Assembly (NCBI GenBank): GCA_964353865.1
Contig: CAYGXJ010000120.1
Span: 10,112 to 74,111 of the forward strand
Direction of reading: 5' to 3'
From: an uncultured Anaerolineales bacterium
Lineage (GTDB): Bacteria > Chloroflexota > Anaerolineae > Anaerolineales > RBG-16-64-43
DNA: 64,000 nucleotides
Positions 40,190 to 51,041 of the stretch are shown one piece after another. The position numbers and the translations under genes were made by a program. The number at the start of each line of letters is the position of its first letter. The stretch's first letter is position 1. The notes under the pieces are model-generated. The model was not told the origin of the DNA. It saw only the letters and a program-made list of their open reading frames with translations, and searched no databases.

Positions 40190-41151
40190 GCCAGCCTTCG
40201 TTCTTTGAGATCGTCCGCCGCGAGCTACAGGCGACCGAGACGCGCATGCGCGCGGTGCGCCACCCGGCCGACGCCAACCTGCAGTCCGCGCTGGACCATC
40301 TGCTGAGCGCGGGCGGCAAACGCATCCGCCCTACCGTGGCCTTGCTCGCGGGTCACCTGGTCGAGGCTCCGCCCGAGCCGTTGGTCAATTTCGCCGCGGC
40401 CGTCGAGATGCTGCACACCGCAACCTTGGTGCATGACGACCTGATCGACGGCGCACTCCTGCGGCGCGGCATTCCCACCCTCAACTCACAATGGACGCCC
40501 GGCGCCACAGTGCTTACTGGAGATTTCATCTTCGCCTGGGCGGCGCATTTGGGGGCGCAGACCGACTCGGTGCGAGTGATGGTCTCCTTTGCCCGCACGC
40601 TGATGATCATCATCAACGGCGAGCTGGCGCAGATGTTTGGGCGCACGCAGCGCGCCAGCCGCGAAGAGTACGATCAGCGCATCTACGCCAAAACCGCAGC
40701 CCTCTTCGAACTGGCCGGTTCGGGTGCGGCGCTTGTCGCGGTGCACGAGTCGCCCCTGGCGCCTCGCCTGGGTGATTTCGGACGCCAGGTGGGCATGGCC
40801 TTCCAGATCGTGGACGACGTCCTCGATTTCACCGCCGACAGCACGCGCCTGGGCAAACCGGTGGGCAACGACCTGCGCCAGGGGTTGATCACCCTGCCCG
40901 TCCTGTGCTATGGTGACCAGCACCCCGAGGACCAGGATGTGCAGGCGGTGCTCGATCCGGAGCACCGGCACCAGGCGGATGTCGACCGCCTGGTGGGAGC
41001 GATCGCGCGCTCGGAGGCTATTCCGGCCGCGATGTCGGAAGCGCGCCGCTTCGCATCCGCTGCGCGCGATGCGCTGCACGGCGTGACGGCCGGCCGCTAC
41101 CGCGATGGATTGCTGGAACTGGCCGACTTCGTTGTGTCGCGAGACATCTAA
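40186..41151 (+). CDS. trans-Polyprenyl diphosphate synthase
   Basis: GGKRIRP, HDDLID (FARM), RRG, KTAALF, FQIVDDVLD (SARM) and GKPVGNDL. GTGA overlap with tatD. Confidence 0.93.
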   Translation: MSQPSFFEIVRRELQATETRMRAVRHPADANLQSALDHLLSAGGKRIRPTVALLAGHLVEAPPEPLVNFAAAVEMLHTATLVHDDLIDGALLRRGIPTLNSQWTPGATVLTGDFIFAWAAHLGAQTDSVRVMVSFARTLMIIINGELAQMFGRTQRASREEYDQRIYAKTAALFELAGSGAALVAVHESPLAPRLGDFGRQVGMAFQIVDDVLDFTADSTRLGKPVGNDLRQGLITLPVLCYGDQHPEDQDVQAVLDPEHRHQADVDRLVGAIARSEAIPAAMSEARRFASAARDALHGVTAGRYRDGLLELADFVVSRDI

Positions 41152-41210
41152 GAGGCCAGCCGAGGTTCAACCCTCACCCCCGGGCGACGGATCGAGAAGA
41201 GGAGGATTGA

Positions 41211-41543
41211 ATGGACGTCAAGATTACCGAGTACAAGCGGGTCGCCGTGGTTCAGCCAGTCGGCCGGGTGGATTCCAACACCTCGGCGGAGTTCGAAACC
41301 GAGTTGCGGCGACTGGTGGATTCCGGGCACATCAACCTGGTGCTCGATCTTTCGAAGATCGACTTCCTTTCCTCGGCCGGGCTGCGGGTCATTGTCTTGA
41401 TCATGAAGAGCACCCGCAAGAACGGCGGCAACATATGTGTGGCTGAGGCCAACGCGCGTGCCGCCGAAGTGATGAAACTAGCGGGGCTCGACTCGGTCAT
41501 TGACATGCATCCCACGCGCGAGGCAGCCATCGCTAGCTTCTAA
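41211..41543 (+). CDS. STAS-domain anti-anti-sigma factor (RsbV/SpoIIAA-like)
   Basis: VGRVD and LVLDLSKIDFLSSAGLR (phosphorylatable Ser); RBS GAGGAGG. Confidence 0.92.
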   Translation: MDVKITEYKRVAVVQPVGRVDSNTSAEFETELRRLVDSGHINLVLDLSKIDFLSSAGLRVIVLIMKSTRKNGGNICVAEANARAAEVMKLAGLDSVIDMHPTREAAIASF

Positions 41544-41572
41544 GCGGCGATCCGCCTTCCCGGCCGTGCAGC

Positions 41573-42010
41573 ATGCCCGCCACCACACAGCGCCTGCGCG
41601 TTCCTGCGCGCCTCACCCAGCTTGACCGCGTGCGCGAGTTCGTGCACGGATGTGCACGTCGCGAAGGTCTCCCCGAGCGGGAGACCTTTGCATGCGAACT
41701 GGCGGCCGATGAGGCTTTCGTCAACATCGTGGTGCACGCCTACGGCGGCGAATCGGATGGGCCGGTGTTCGTCCGCTGTCGCGGCCTGGCGAACGGCCTC
41801 GTGATTTCCTTTGTCGACGAAGGCATGGCCTGGGACCCGAGCCCGCCCGGCGCGCCGCCCTGGGAATCAACGCAGGCGGAAGCCACCGTGGGTGGGCTGG
41901 GGTGGCTGATCATTCACCGCGCAATGGATGAGGTGCACTTCACGCGCCGCGGCGGCCGGAACATTCTTACGCTGTGCAAGTTCCGTCCGGGTTTCTCCCC
42001 GGCGGAGTAA
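41573..42010 (+). CDS. RsbW/SpoIIAB-like anti-sigma factor serine kinase (HATPase_c_2)
   Basis: ELAADEAFVNIVVHAY (N box), FVDEGMAWDP (G1) and GGLGWLII (G2). Confidence 0.88.
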   Translation: MPATTQRLRVPARLTQLDRVREFVHGCARREGLPERETFACELAADEAFVNIVVHAYGGESDGPVFVRCRGLANGLVISFVDEGMAWDPSPPGAPPWESTQAEATVGGLGWLIIHRAMDEVHFTRRGGRNILTLCKFRPGFSPAE

Positions 42011-42017
42011 CGCCCTG

Positions 42018-44968
42018 ATGGACAATATTCTGCTGGCGGAACTCGTTCTCTTCCTGGGTGCGGGCGTCACCCTCATGGGCCTGCGGATCCGCTCGCTCCG
42101 CAGCCTGGAGGCGCGCGTGCACGAGCTGGCCCAGTTGGCCGAGGCCGGGCGGGTGGTGTTGACCACGCCCCTCGACGTGCAGCGCCTGGCCGAAAAGGCA
42201 TTCGAAGAGGCCGGGCGCGTCGTTGATGCGCGCCTGTTCCAATTGGCCCTCTTCGAGGGCAACGACTAAGCGGTCATCTTCTGGACGCGCGACGGTGAGC
42301 GTTTGCCGCCCTCGCGCTTCAGGCTCTCGCCCGGTCAGGAGGGCATCGTGGGCTGGCTGCGCCGCATCCGCCAGCCGCTGCTGGTGGGCGACTTTGCCAA
42401 GGACACGGACCGCCTGCCGGCGCGCCCGCGCTATGTGGACGATGACCCGCCGCGTTCGGCCATCTTCGTGCCATTGATGACGCGCGACGCCGTCATCGGG
42501 GCCATCTCGATCCAGAGCCGTACACCCAACGCTTTCACCGAGAGCCACTTGCGCATTGTCGGCATCCTCGCCAACTACGTCGCAGCGGCCATGGCCGATG
42601 CACGCATGCTCGAAGAGGCCTTGCGCCGCGCGCGCGATTAGGCGCTGCTGGGCGATGTCTCTCGACAGTTGCGCGGGCTGCAGGCGCTGCCGGATCTTTA
42701 CCGCCAGGTCGTCCATCAGGTTGCCGGAACGTTCGAGTTCGAGGTCGTGCGCATATACGAGTGGCAGAGCGCCCTCGGCTGGCTTCGCGGGGCAATTGAG
42801 AGCAGCGCCGACCCGACCGACGAGCGCGAGACCGCTTGGCGCACCGACCATCTTGTCCTGCAGTCTGAAACGGCGCATGCCGGCGAGACGCCGCGCGAGC
42901 TGGCGATCGGTGCGGGCCTTTCGGGCCTGGCGGCTGCACGACGCCAGCCGGCCCTTGTCCAGCAGGAGACCGATCGCGGCGGATGGCTGGCTCCGGGCGC
43001 CGTGGCTGCCCTCGCCGTGCCGATGATCATTGAGGACCGGGTGGTGGGATCGCTGTAGATACACACCGCCGACGCGCTGATGCTCGACCCGGATTCTCGG
43101 GCCGCCGCGGAGCTCTTGGCCGGTCACTTGGCGATCGCCGTCCTCGAGAATCAGACCTGCCAGATCGAGAGCGGCGCGCCGAGCAGCTAGAGGCGATTGG
43201 CGACGTCACGCGCGCCGTGTCGCCGATCCTCGATCCAGAGAAGCTGCTGGATGAAATCCTCCGCCTCACCTCGGCCCGGCTGGGCATCGAGCGGGTGCAG
43301 ATCTTCCTGCGCCAAGGCAGCCAGATCTCGCTGCGCGCCGGCGGTGCGCCGCAGCATGTCCGCCAGGATGCCCTCGACGGACCCGGCCGGATTGCCTTCG
43401 TAGCCCGCACAGGCGAACCGGTACTCATCCCGGATGTACGCGACGACCCGCGTTACATCGCCGCCATCGGCCGGGATGATACGCGCACCGAGATGGCCGT
43501 GTCGTTGGTGTTCGGAGAACACACTCTGGGGGTATTCGATTTTCAATCGCTGCAACGCGGCGCCTACTCGCCCGACGACCTGTAGCTCGCGATAGCCTTC
43601 GCGGCGATGGTGGCCATCGCGTTGCGAAATGCCCAGCTTTTCACGCGCGAACGGGATGCGGCCTGGCCTTCGGCCTCGCTCCTGCGAGTGGCCGAGACGG
43701 CAGCCGCACCCACCTCGCCCGACGAAACGCTGACCGTCCTGATCCAGCTCCTTCCGACCATGGTCGATCGGCCGTGGGCCCTGGTGTGGCGGGCCACCGA
43801 AGAGCCGGGCTGGTTTTACCCCGATAGCGCGGTCGGCCTGGGCCCGGCGCAGGTGCGCGCATTCCAATGCACACGCCCGAGTCTTTCGGCCTTCATCCCC
43901 CCCGCGCCTGGCTGGTCCTCGACCGAACGATCGCTGGGCGAATGGGTCATTCGCCCGGCGCCGGCGCTCGAATTCGTCCAGGGCCAGGATACGGTCCATG
44001 TCTACGCACTCAAGTATGGCGGGCGGCTGATTGGCCTACTCGCGCTGCCTCAGCCCGGCCAAACGGGGCTGGACCCCGCCGTTTCGCATCAGACACACGA
44101 GGACGACCTGTTGCTAGGCATTGTCCGCCAGCTGGCGGCCGCGCTCGAGTCGAAGCGTATTGCCGCGGAGCTCGAAGTGGGACGGCGCCTTGAGAGTGAA
44201 CTCGAATTGGCGCGGGAGATACAAACGTCCTTCATGCCCCGCAGTCTGCCGCAAGCCGAGGGGTGGCAGCTCAGCGCATTCTGGAAGCCGGCCCGCGAAG
44301 TGGGCGGCGATTTCTACGACCTCTTCCCCTTGCCGGCGCCGACCCTTTCGGATCCGCGCCAGGCATCGTCTGGCCCCCGCTGGGGCGTGGTCATGGCCGA
44401 CGTGGCCGAAAAGGGTGTACCGGCCGCGCTCTATATGGCCCTCTGCCGGACCCTCATGCGCGCGGTGGCGATCAGCCGGATCGACCCAGCCGAGACGCTG
44501 ACCCGCGTGAACACGCTGCTCTTCTCTGATTCGCAGGCCGAACTCTTCGTCGCGCTGGTCTACGCCGTTTGGGAGCCGGCCTCGGGACGGTTGCAGTACA
44601 GCAATGCCGGGCACAACCCGCCCCTATTCCTGCCGGCCGTGGGTGAGCCACGCTGGTTGACGGATCACGGCGTGGCCCTGGGCCTCATCGAGGATGCGAC
44701 CTACACCACGAGGGAGCTGCAGGTCGAGCCGGGAGGCACACTGGCGGTGTACACCGACGGGGTGATCGATGCTCACAAGCCCACGCTCGAGGAGTTGGGG
44801 GTGCCCCGTTTCATGCGCACAGTGACCGGTGCCGCCTCGGCAGGTGCGGAAGCTATCGCCCGCGCGGTGGAGGCGGCGCTCGAAGAGCATGTGGGGGCAC
44901 GCAAGCCGTTCGAGGATGTAACCTTGCTCGTCCTGCCCCACGCCGGGCCGCGGGCAGACGGCGGCTGA
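42018..44968 (+). pseudogene. Disrupted multi-GAF + PP2C (SpoIIE/RsbU-like) phosphatase gene
   Basis: A continuous GAF-like reading is interrupted by TAA 42267, TAG 42639 and TAG 43056, a frame change at about 43150-43171, and TAG 43583. The last segment, 43607-44968, is open and carries GGDFYD, MADVAEKG, NAGHNPP and YTDG. Confidence 0.85.
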
Positions 44969-45039
44969 GACTGCAGCGCGACGCGCAGCCTCAGCCCGCC
45001 CTCGGTCTACATCCGTCGGCAGCCACAGACCGGATTGGG

Positions 45040-46569
45040 TCAGAGGAGCTTCGGCAATTCACGCGCTGCCTCGGCGCCGGTGCGACCGGCCAAAGTGGTG
45101 AGTTCGCCCAGCCGCTCCGCGAGGGCCGAGGTCAAATCACCTTCGGCGAAACGCCAATCCCAATTCCCCGCCGCACGACCCGGGAAGTTCATGCGCGCTT
45201 CGCTACCCATTGCCAAGACATCTTGCAGCGGGGCCAGGGCCATGCAGGCCACAGAGGTCCACGCCAGCCGCATGAGGTCCCAGCAAATGTCGCTCCCGTC
45301 GCGCCCCAGATAGCGCCGAGCGCAATCACGGACCCGCTCATCGGCACTCTCGTACCATCCGCAGGTGGTGTCGTTGTCGTGCGTGCCGGTGAAAACGACG
45401 GTTGCGGTTTCGTAGTTGTGGGGCAGAAACGGATTGCGGCTGTCGCCGTCGAAGGCAAACTGCAGTACGCGCATGCCCGGCAGGCCAAAGCGCGTGCGTA
45501 GTTCCACCACATCCTCCGTCAAGACCCCGAGGTCTTCCGCAATCAACGGCAGGCGAGGCGTTTGATGGGCAAGCGCCGTCAGCAGCGCCGCGCCGGGCGC
45601 CCGCACCCAACGGCCGTTCTCGGCGGTGGGGCTGCTTGCCGGAACTTCCCAATACGCGGCCAGCCCGCGAAAGTGATCAATGCGCACCCACTCGCTGAGG
45701 CCCAATGCGCTCCGCATCCGGCGCTGCCACCAGGCGAATCCGTCGGCGCGGTGCCGTGCCCAGCGATAGAGCGGGTTGCCCCAGCGCTGCCCGGTCGGGC
45801 TGAAGTAGTCCGGCGGGACTCCGGCAACGTGAGTCGGCACTCCATGCGCATCCAGCCGGAAGAGTTCGGGGTTGGCCCACACCTCGGCGCTGTCGTAAGC
45901 CAGGTACAGCGGGACGTCGCCGATGATCTGTATCCCCTGTTCGCGCGCCCTCGCTCGCAGCTGCTCCCATTGGGTACGGAAGAGCATTTGCTCGAAGATG
46001 ACCCTGTCGATCTCATCCGCCAGGCGCTGGCGCGCGCCGGCCAGCGATTTGGCCGCGCGGAGTGCCAGATCGCGCGGCCAAGCACACCACGGCTGGCCGG
46101 CGAAGTCGTCCTTGAGCGCGGTGAACACGGCGAAGTCGTCCAGCCAGTCGCGCTCGGCCTCGCGGAAGGCCTCCACGGGTGCCCTCCACGTCGAACGGCC
46201 GAGGCCGCGGTATCGTTCAAAGGCACGCACCAGCACGCGCCGCTTATAGTCGATGACTTCTGCGAACTGGACGCGCCGCGAAGAGGCTGCGGGCATGGGG
46301 TCGAGCTCGGCGCGCGTCAGCAGGCCGGCCTCGACCAGACGTTCGGGGCTGATGAGCAGAGGATTCCCGGCAAAGGCAGAAAGCGACTGGTAGGGCGAAT
46401 CGCCAAACCCGGTGGGGCCGAGAGGCAGGGTTTGCCAGAGAGTCTGCCGCGCCTGGGCCAGCCAGGTTAACCATCTGGCTGCCGCCGGACCCAGATCGCC
46501 AATGCCGAACGGTCCGGGTAGCGAGCTGGGATGCAGCAGTACACCCGCGCGGCGGGTCAGATCGATCAC
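45040..46569 (-). CDS. malQ: 4-alpha-glucanotransferase (amylomaltase, GH77)
   Basis: RAGVLLHPSSLP, GDSPYQ, GDVPLY, GVPPDYFS, WGNPLY, RIDHFRG, IAEDLG and FTGTHDNDT. GTG start at 46569. Confidence 0.95.
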   Translation of the reverse strand: MIDLTRRAGVLLHPSSLPGPFGIGDLGPAAARWLTWLAQARQTLWQTLPLGPTGFGDSPYQSLSAFAGNPLLISPERLVEAGLLTRAELDPMPAASSRRVQFAEVIDYKRRVLVRAFERYRGLGRSTWRAPVEAFREAERDWLDDFAVFTALKDDFAGQPWCAWPRDLALRAAKSLAGARQRLADEIDRVIFEQMLFRTQWEQLRARAREQGIQIIGDVPLYLAYDSAEVWANPELFRLDAHGVPTHVAGVPPDYFSPTGQRWGNPLYRWARHRADGFAWWQRRMRSALGLSEWVRIDHFRGLAAYWEVPASSPTAENGRWVRAPGAALLTALAHQTPRLPLIAEDLGVLTEDVVELRTRFGLPGMRVLQFAFDGDSRNPFLPHNYETATVVFTGTHDNDTTCGWYESADERVRDCARRYLGRDGSDICWDLMRLAWTSVACMALAPLQDVLAMGSEARMNFPGRAAGNWDWRFAEGDLTSALAERLGELTTLAGRTGAEAARELPKLL

Positions 46570-46573
46570 CGCG

Positions 46574-47821
46574 CTAGGTCTCCGCAATCCAGACTTCCTG
46601 TTGGCGATCGACTCTCGCGGGCACGCGGTCTGCCGGCACCTCGGTGCCGATGACTGCGCCGGCGCCGATCACCGCGCCCAGAGGAATGGCGCTGCCTTTG
46701 CCAATGGTCACGATGCTCCCGAGCGGGTCGTCCAGCCGCTCGCCAACCCGCGAGCGCACCCCAATTTGAGCTCGCTTGTCGATCACCGCCCGCTCGACGA
46801 CGGCTCCCTGACCGACCTGCGTATCGGTCATGATCACCGAATCGCGGACCACCGCACCTTCGCCCACGCGCACGCCGGGTGAGAGCACCGAGCGTTCGAT
46901 CACCGCGTCTTTGCCGATCACCGTCCCATCTGCCAGCAGGCTATCCACGATATGCGCGCTGTCGCGCACCAGCACCGGCGGGCGTTCTTCCGAACGGGTG
47001 TGAATGACCCACGAACGGTTGCGCATGTCGATCGAGGGCGGCACCGCCAACAGGTCCATGTGGGCCTTCCAATAGGAATCAAGGGTGCCCACATCCACCC
47101 AATAGCCGGTGTACGGGAAGGCGAACAAACGCGCCCCGTCGGTCACGATGCCGGGCAGGATGTCTCTCCCGAAATCGTGCTGCGATTCTTCGCGCAGGCT
47201 GTCGGAACGAAGCACCCGGTCGAGGAAATCTACATTGAACAGATACACGCCCATGTTAGCCAGCGTGCCCTTCGGCCGCGCGGGTTTTTCTTCGTACGAC
47301 ACCACGCGGAAGTGGTCGTCAGTGGCCAGAATGCCGAAGCGCGAAGCCTCCTCTGCCGGCACGCGTATCGTTGCCAGGGTAGCATCCGCCTCGTGGTCCA
47401 TGTGGAAGGCAATCAGCGGGTCGTAATCCATGGCGTAGATGTGGTCGCCGGAAAGCACGAGCACCAGATCGGGTCGCGTGCTCGCGACGAACGACAGGTT
47501 CTGCCATACCGCGTCTGCCGTGCCGCGGTACCACTCGGTGGAGCGTCGCCCGGTGTAAGGCGGGTAGAGTTTGATCCCTCCCGTGAAGCTGCGATCGAGA
47601 TCCCACGGGCCGCCGTCGCCAATGTGCTCGATGAGCGAGTGCGGACGGTACTGGGCCAGCATCATGACGTCGAAGATCTCCGAGTTGACGCAATTGGAGA
47701 GGGCAAAGTCGATGATCCTGTACTTGCCGCCGAAGGGCACAGCTGGTTTGGTGCGCTTGACCGTAAGTACGCCCAGCCGCGAGCCTTCACCACCCGCCAG
47801 GACGACCGCACGCACCCTCAT
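46574..47821 (-). CDS. glgC: Glucose-1-phosphate adenylyltransferase
   Basis: LAGGEGSRL, KPAVPFGGKYRIIDF, WYRGTADAV, LSGDHIY, EEKP, YWVDVGT and a C-terminal left-handed beta-helix. ATG at 47821 after GGAGG. Confidence 0.95.
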   Translation of the reverse strand: MRVRAVVLAGGEGSRLGVLTVKRTKPAVPFGGKYRIIDFALSNCVNSEIFDVMMLAQYRPHSLIEHIGDGGPWDLDRSFTGGIKLYPPYTGRRSTEWYRGTADAVWQNLSFVASTRPDLVLVLSGDHIYAMDYDPLIAFHMDHEADATLATIRVPAEEASRFGILATDDHFRVVSYEEKPARPKGTLANMGVYLFNVDFLDRVLRSDSLREESQHDFGRDILPGIVTDGARLFAFPYTGYWVDVGTLDSYWKAHMDLLAVPPSIDMRNRSWVIHTRSEERPPVLVRDSAHIVDSLLADGTVIGKDAVIERSVLSPGVRVGEGAVVRDSVIMTDTQVGQGAVVERAVIDKRAQIGVRSRVGERLDDPLGSIVTIGKGSAIPLGAVIGAGAVIGTEVPADRVPARVDRQQEVWIAET

Positions 47822-49389
47822 CGTGCCTCCTGTGTCATCCGCGCCGAGCGCGCGCGGGCGCGCACGGCGCGCTGGTAGACCTGCTTGTAGCGTCGGGCCG
47901 AATTCGCCCAACCGAATTCCATCTTCATCGCCCGCAGCTGAAGCGCCCGCCACCGTCGCGGGAGGGCAAAAAGGCTCAAGGCGCGCGCCAAAGCCTGTGC
48001 CAACGCTTCGGGCGTGGCCGCCTCGAATACAAATCCCGTGCCCCCCGGCCATTCTGCGTCGCGCACCGTGTCTTTCAACCCGCCCGCCGAGCGAACGAGA
48101 GGCAGGCAGCCGTAACGCATGGCGATCATCTGACTCAGCCCGCACGGTTCGTATCGCGAAGGCATCACAAAGAGATGCGCGCCTCCGTAGATGCCTGCGG
48201 CCAACTCCGGGTCGTAGCCGATGCGCACCCCCACCCGGCCAGGATGCCGTTCGCCTAGCTCAACGTAGGCCCGCTGCAGTTCGAGATCCCCGGCTGCCAG
48301 AACGACCAGCTGCCCGCCCGCGGCCAGCCACCCTTCAAGTGCGGGCAACGCGTAGTCCAACCCCTTCTGGCGGTCAAGGCGCGAGACGATGCCCGCCAGG
48401 GGACGTTCGCCGTGGCCCTCCAGCCCAAAGCTCACACACAATGCGGCCGTGTTTCTCGCGCGCCGATCGATCCGGCTTGCATCGAATCGCGCCGCGAGCC
48501 GCGAATCGCGGGCCGGGTCCCAGAGGCGCACGTCCAGTCCGTTGAGGATTCCATCCAGGGCTTCAGCCCGCGACTGGAGCAAACCGTGCAGGCCGCTGCC
48601 GTATTCGGGCGTGAGGATTTCATGGGCATACGACGGGCTGACAGCCACGATCCTCTCTGCCGACGCGATGCCCAAGGCGAGCAACGAGTCACGAGCCCAC
48701 TCCGGCACATGCGCGTACGGCGTTCCGGGGCCGATGGCCGGCCCGTCGGGTTCGCCGGGCGGCGGCAGGCCGTACTCTCGCAGCGCCGCCCCGGCATTCT
48801 GCCCGAGATACGGGAGGTTGTGGATGGTCAGAACTCCGGCGCTGGCCGAAAGGGGGTTCCCAGCGGAGGCATTCAACCGCATCCAATGCAGCGCGGCCGC
48901 CGTGTGCCAATCGTGGGCATGGACAACCTGAGGCAGCCAGCCAGAGTGCATGGCGTAACGGAGAGCCGCAATCGAGGCGAAGACCAGCTTGCCGGCGTCC
49001 TCCTCCGGCCGCGAGTGGTAGATACGATCGGCCTCGCGCAACGGCGGACCATCGATGAGCCACAGCGGGACGCGGCCCAGGCGGCGGGAGTAAATGCTCG
49101 CAGTTTGGGGCCCACGGGCCCCGGGGATGGTGAGCGCCGCAGACACGCGCTCGCCTTTGATGAGCGACCGCAGTGTAGGATGCAGGGGCAGGGCGAGGCG
49201 AACATCCAGGCCCATCTCGCGCAGCGCAGCCGGCAGGCTGCCACCCACATCCGCCAGCCCGCCGACTTTGACCAGGGGCTCGGCCTCGTTGATGAGAAAA
49301 AGGACGCGCAGGCGCGCCGGCGCGCTCCCGCCGGGGCTGCGGCGCGTCGCGGGCGTGCTCGAGCTTTGCGTGCGGCGACGCTGGCTCAC
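47818..49389 (-). CDS. glgA: Glycogen synthase (GT5)
   Basis: KVGGLADV (KxGGL), HAHDWH, TIHNL, VSPSYA, ILNGLD, SRLDRQKG and PSRYEPCGLSQM. GTG start at 49389 overlaps the upstream stop. Confidence 0.94.
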   Translation of the reverse strand: MSQRRRTQSSSTPATRRSPGGSAPARLRVLFLINEAEPLVKVGGLADVGGSLPAALREMGLDVRLALPLHPTLRSLIKGERVSAALTIPGARGPQTASIYSRRLGRVPLWLIDGPPLREADRIYHSRPEEDAGKLVFASIAALRYAMHSGWLPQVVHAHDWHTAAALHWMRLNASAGNPLSASAGVLTIHNLPYLGQNAGAALREYGLPPPGEPDGPAIGPGTPYAHVPEWARDSLLALGIASAERIVAVSPSYAHEILTPEYGSGLHGLLQSRAEALDGILNGLDVRLWDPARDSRLAARFDASRIDRRARNTAALCVSFGLEGHGERPLAGIVSRLDRQKGLDYALPALEGWLAAGGQLVVLAAGDLELQRAYVELGERHPGRVGVRIGYDPELAAGIYGGAHLFVMPSRYEPCGLSQMIAMRYGCLPLVRSAGGLKDTVRDAEWPGGTGFVFEAATPEALAQALARALSLFALPRRWRALQLRAMKMEFGWANSARRYKQVYQRAVRARARSARMTQEAR

Positions 49390-51041
49390 GGCCCGAACCA
49401 CGCGTAGTCGATGTTCTCGAAGACCTTGTCTTTCTGCCACAATTCCTCGGCCAGCGTCGCATCCGGCGCCCGGCTCTCGAGTGATGCGGCCAATCCATTG
49501 AAACGATCGAGGTGACTGCGGAAGCGCTGGATGGCATACTCGCCCGCCTGGCCCGTGGTCACCAAAAAGGGCCAATCGGAGGATTGCAGCAGCAGCAACT
49601 CGCGCGCGGCTTGGTTGAGAAGCATGCGCTCGAGCGCGCCGGGATGCGCAAAGCGTGCAGTCAGGCCGGCCATCCGATTCTCAGCCTGATGGATCGGCGC
49701 CCACATCCAATGCGTATCAGGGTTGTCCCAGACAAAGTGCTGTCCGCCCGCGCCCCACGAACTCTCGGGCAGGTGGAGCGCCTCGCGCGGCGGGTGGGTC
49801 TCGAGGAAGTCGCTGGCCGTGGTGAGATCCACGTGCGGGTTGCGCGCCACGCGGGCGATCACCTCCCGCAGCCAATCCACGCCTTCAAACCACCAGTGAC
49901 CGAAGAGCTCGGTATCGTAGTTGGCGGCCAGCAGCCCATAGCGGCCGCTGGATGCCGCGTAGGCAGCCAACTCGCGCTCGATCAGCGCTGCAAAATGATC
50001 CGCATGCGATCGCACCCGATCCTGGGCAGTGTCCGGATCGTACAAGTCCTTGGACCCAAGTTCCACACGCGGGCCGGTGGCGCGCCAATACTGCAGACCC
50101 GACGTGCCATCCTTCTTGTGAAACTCGCGATAGGCCGCCTCGCCCGGGTAACCCCATTCAGCACTCCAAACCTGCAGCCCGGTTTGCCTATTGCGCGCAA
50201 TGACCGCCACGGTGGAGGAACCCACGTAGTACGGCTGGAAGGTGGAGGCCGGCTGTGACGGATCGCCCGCGCGCATCGGGACGGTGTAGCGCCGGACCAC
50301 CTGCCCGTACGGGCCGATGGCCTGCCCGGCGGCGGGGCCGGAAAGCTCGCCCCCCTCCACGGCGTGGGTGTCGCTGAAGAAGGCGCGCAGCCCGCTGCGC
50401 ATGAGGAATTCTTCCAAACCGGGCCGAGACAAGCCGCTTTCGGCAGTGTAGCCTGGTCGGTAAGCGCATTCGGGCAGCCAGATGGCGCGCGGGTCGCGCC
50501 CAAACAGGCGACGGTAGGAGGCCACCGCCGTCTTCACTTGCAGGGAGATGGATTCATCGCGGCCGAGCAGCGGCAAGTAGCCATGTGTTGCGCCGCAGGT
50601 GATGATTTCGATCAGGCCTTCATCTTGGAGGCGGCGGAATGCTGCGATCACATCCCCCGAAAACCGTTCCTCGTAACTCCTGCGGATGCGCGCATACCAC
50701 TCGTGGTAGAAACGCGCGAGGCGCTGCAGGTGCGCCTCCCCGGAGGCCTCGTGGCGACGTTCGTCTGCCTGCGCGACGTCAATCTTTTCGCGCAAATACT
50801 CTACGAAATTGGCGCGAATATCTGCGTCGTTGAGTTGTTCCGCCAGGACCGGAGACAGGCTGATCGTCAGGCGAAGCCGCAGCCCTTGTTCGCGCAGGTC
50901 GTACAGCGCGTTCAGCAGTGGGACGTAGGTTTCGGCGGCCGCCTCGTGGATCCACTCCTCCCCGTGAGGCCAGCGCCCTGCCAGGCGGCAATAGGGGAAG
51001 TGGGAGTGCAAGACGAATGTGAACGCACCTTGTGCCGACAT
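49386..51041 (-). CDS. GH57 1,4-alpha-glucan branching enzyme (DUF1957-containing)
   Basis: LHSHFPY, GEEW, THGYLPL, IWLPECAY (nucleophile), YDTELFGHWWFEG (acid/base) and LLQSSDWPF. Confidence 0.92.
   Translation of the reverse strand: MSAQGAFTFVLHSHFPYCRLAGRWPHGEEWIHEAAAETYVPLLNALYDLREQGLRLRLTISLSPVLAEQLNDADIRANFVEYLREKIDVAQADERRHEASGEAHLQRLARFYHEWYARIRRSYEERFSGDVIAAFRRLQDEGLIEIITCGATHGYLPLLGRDESISLQVKTAVASYRRLFGRDPRAIWLPECAYRPGYTAESGLSRPGLEEFLMRSGLRAFFSDTHAVEGGELSGPAAGQAIGPYGQVVRRYTVPMRAGDPSQPASTFQPYYVGSSTVAVIARNRQTGLQVWSAEWGYPGEAAYREFHKKDGTSGLQYWRATGPRVELGSKDLYDPDTAQDRVRSHADHFAALIERELAAYAASSGRYGLLAANYDTELFGHWWFEGVDWLREVIARVARNPHVDLTTASDFLETHPPREALHLPESSWGAGGQHFVWDNPDTHWMWAPIHQAENRMAGLTARFAHPGALERMLLNQAARELLLLQSSDWPFLVTTGQAGEYAIQRFRSHLDRFNGLAASLESRAPDATLAEELWQKDKVFENIDYAWFGP

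Noticed and set aside
42018-43585. Amber (TAG) recoding or pyrrolysine read-through to explain the in-frame stops in the GAF-PP2C gene
   Set aside because: One stop is TAA and there is also a frameshift. TAG terminates ordinary genes here (nuoA, nuoH, nuoJ, nuoM1, nifJ), and no pyl genes are visible.
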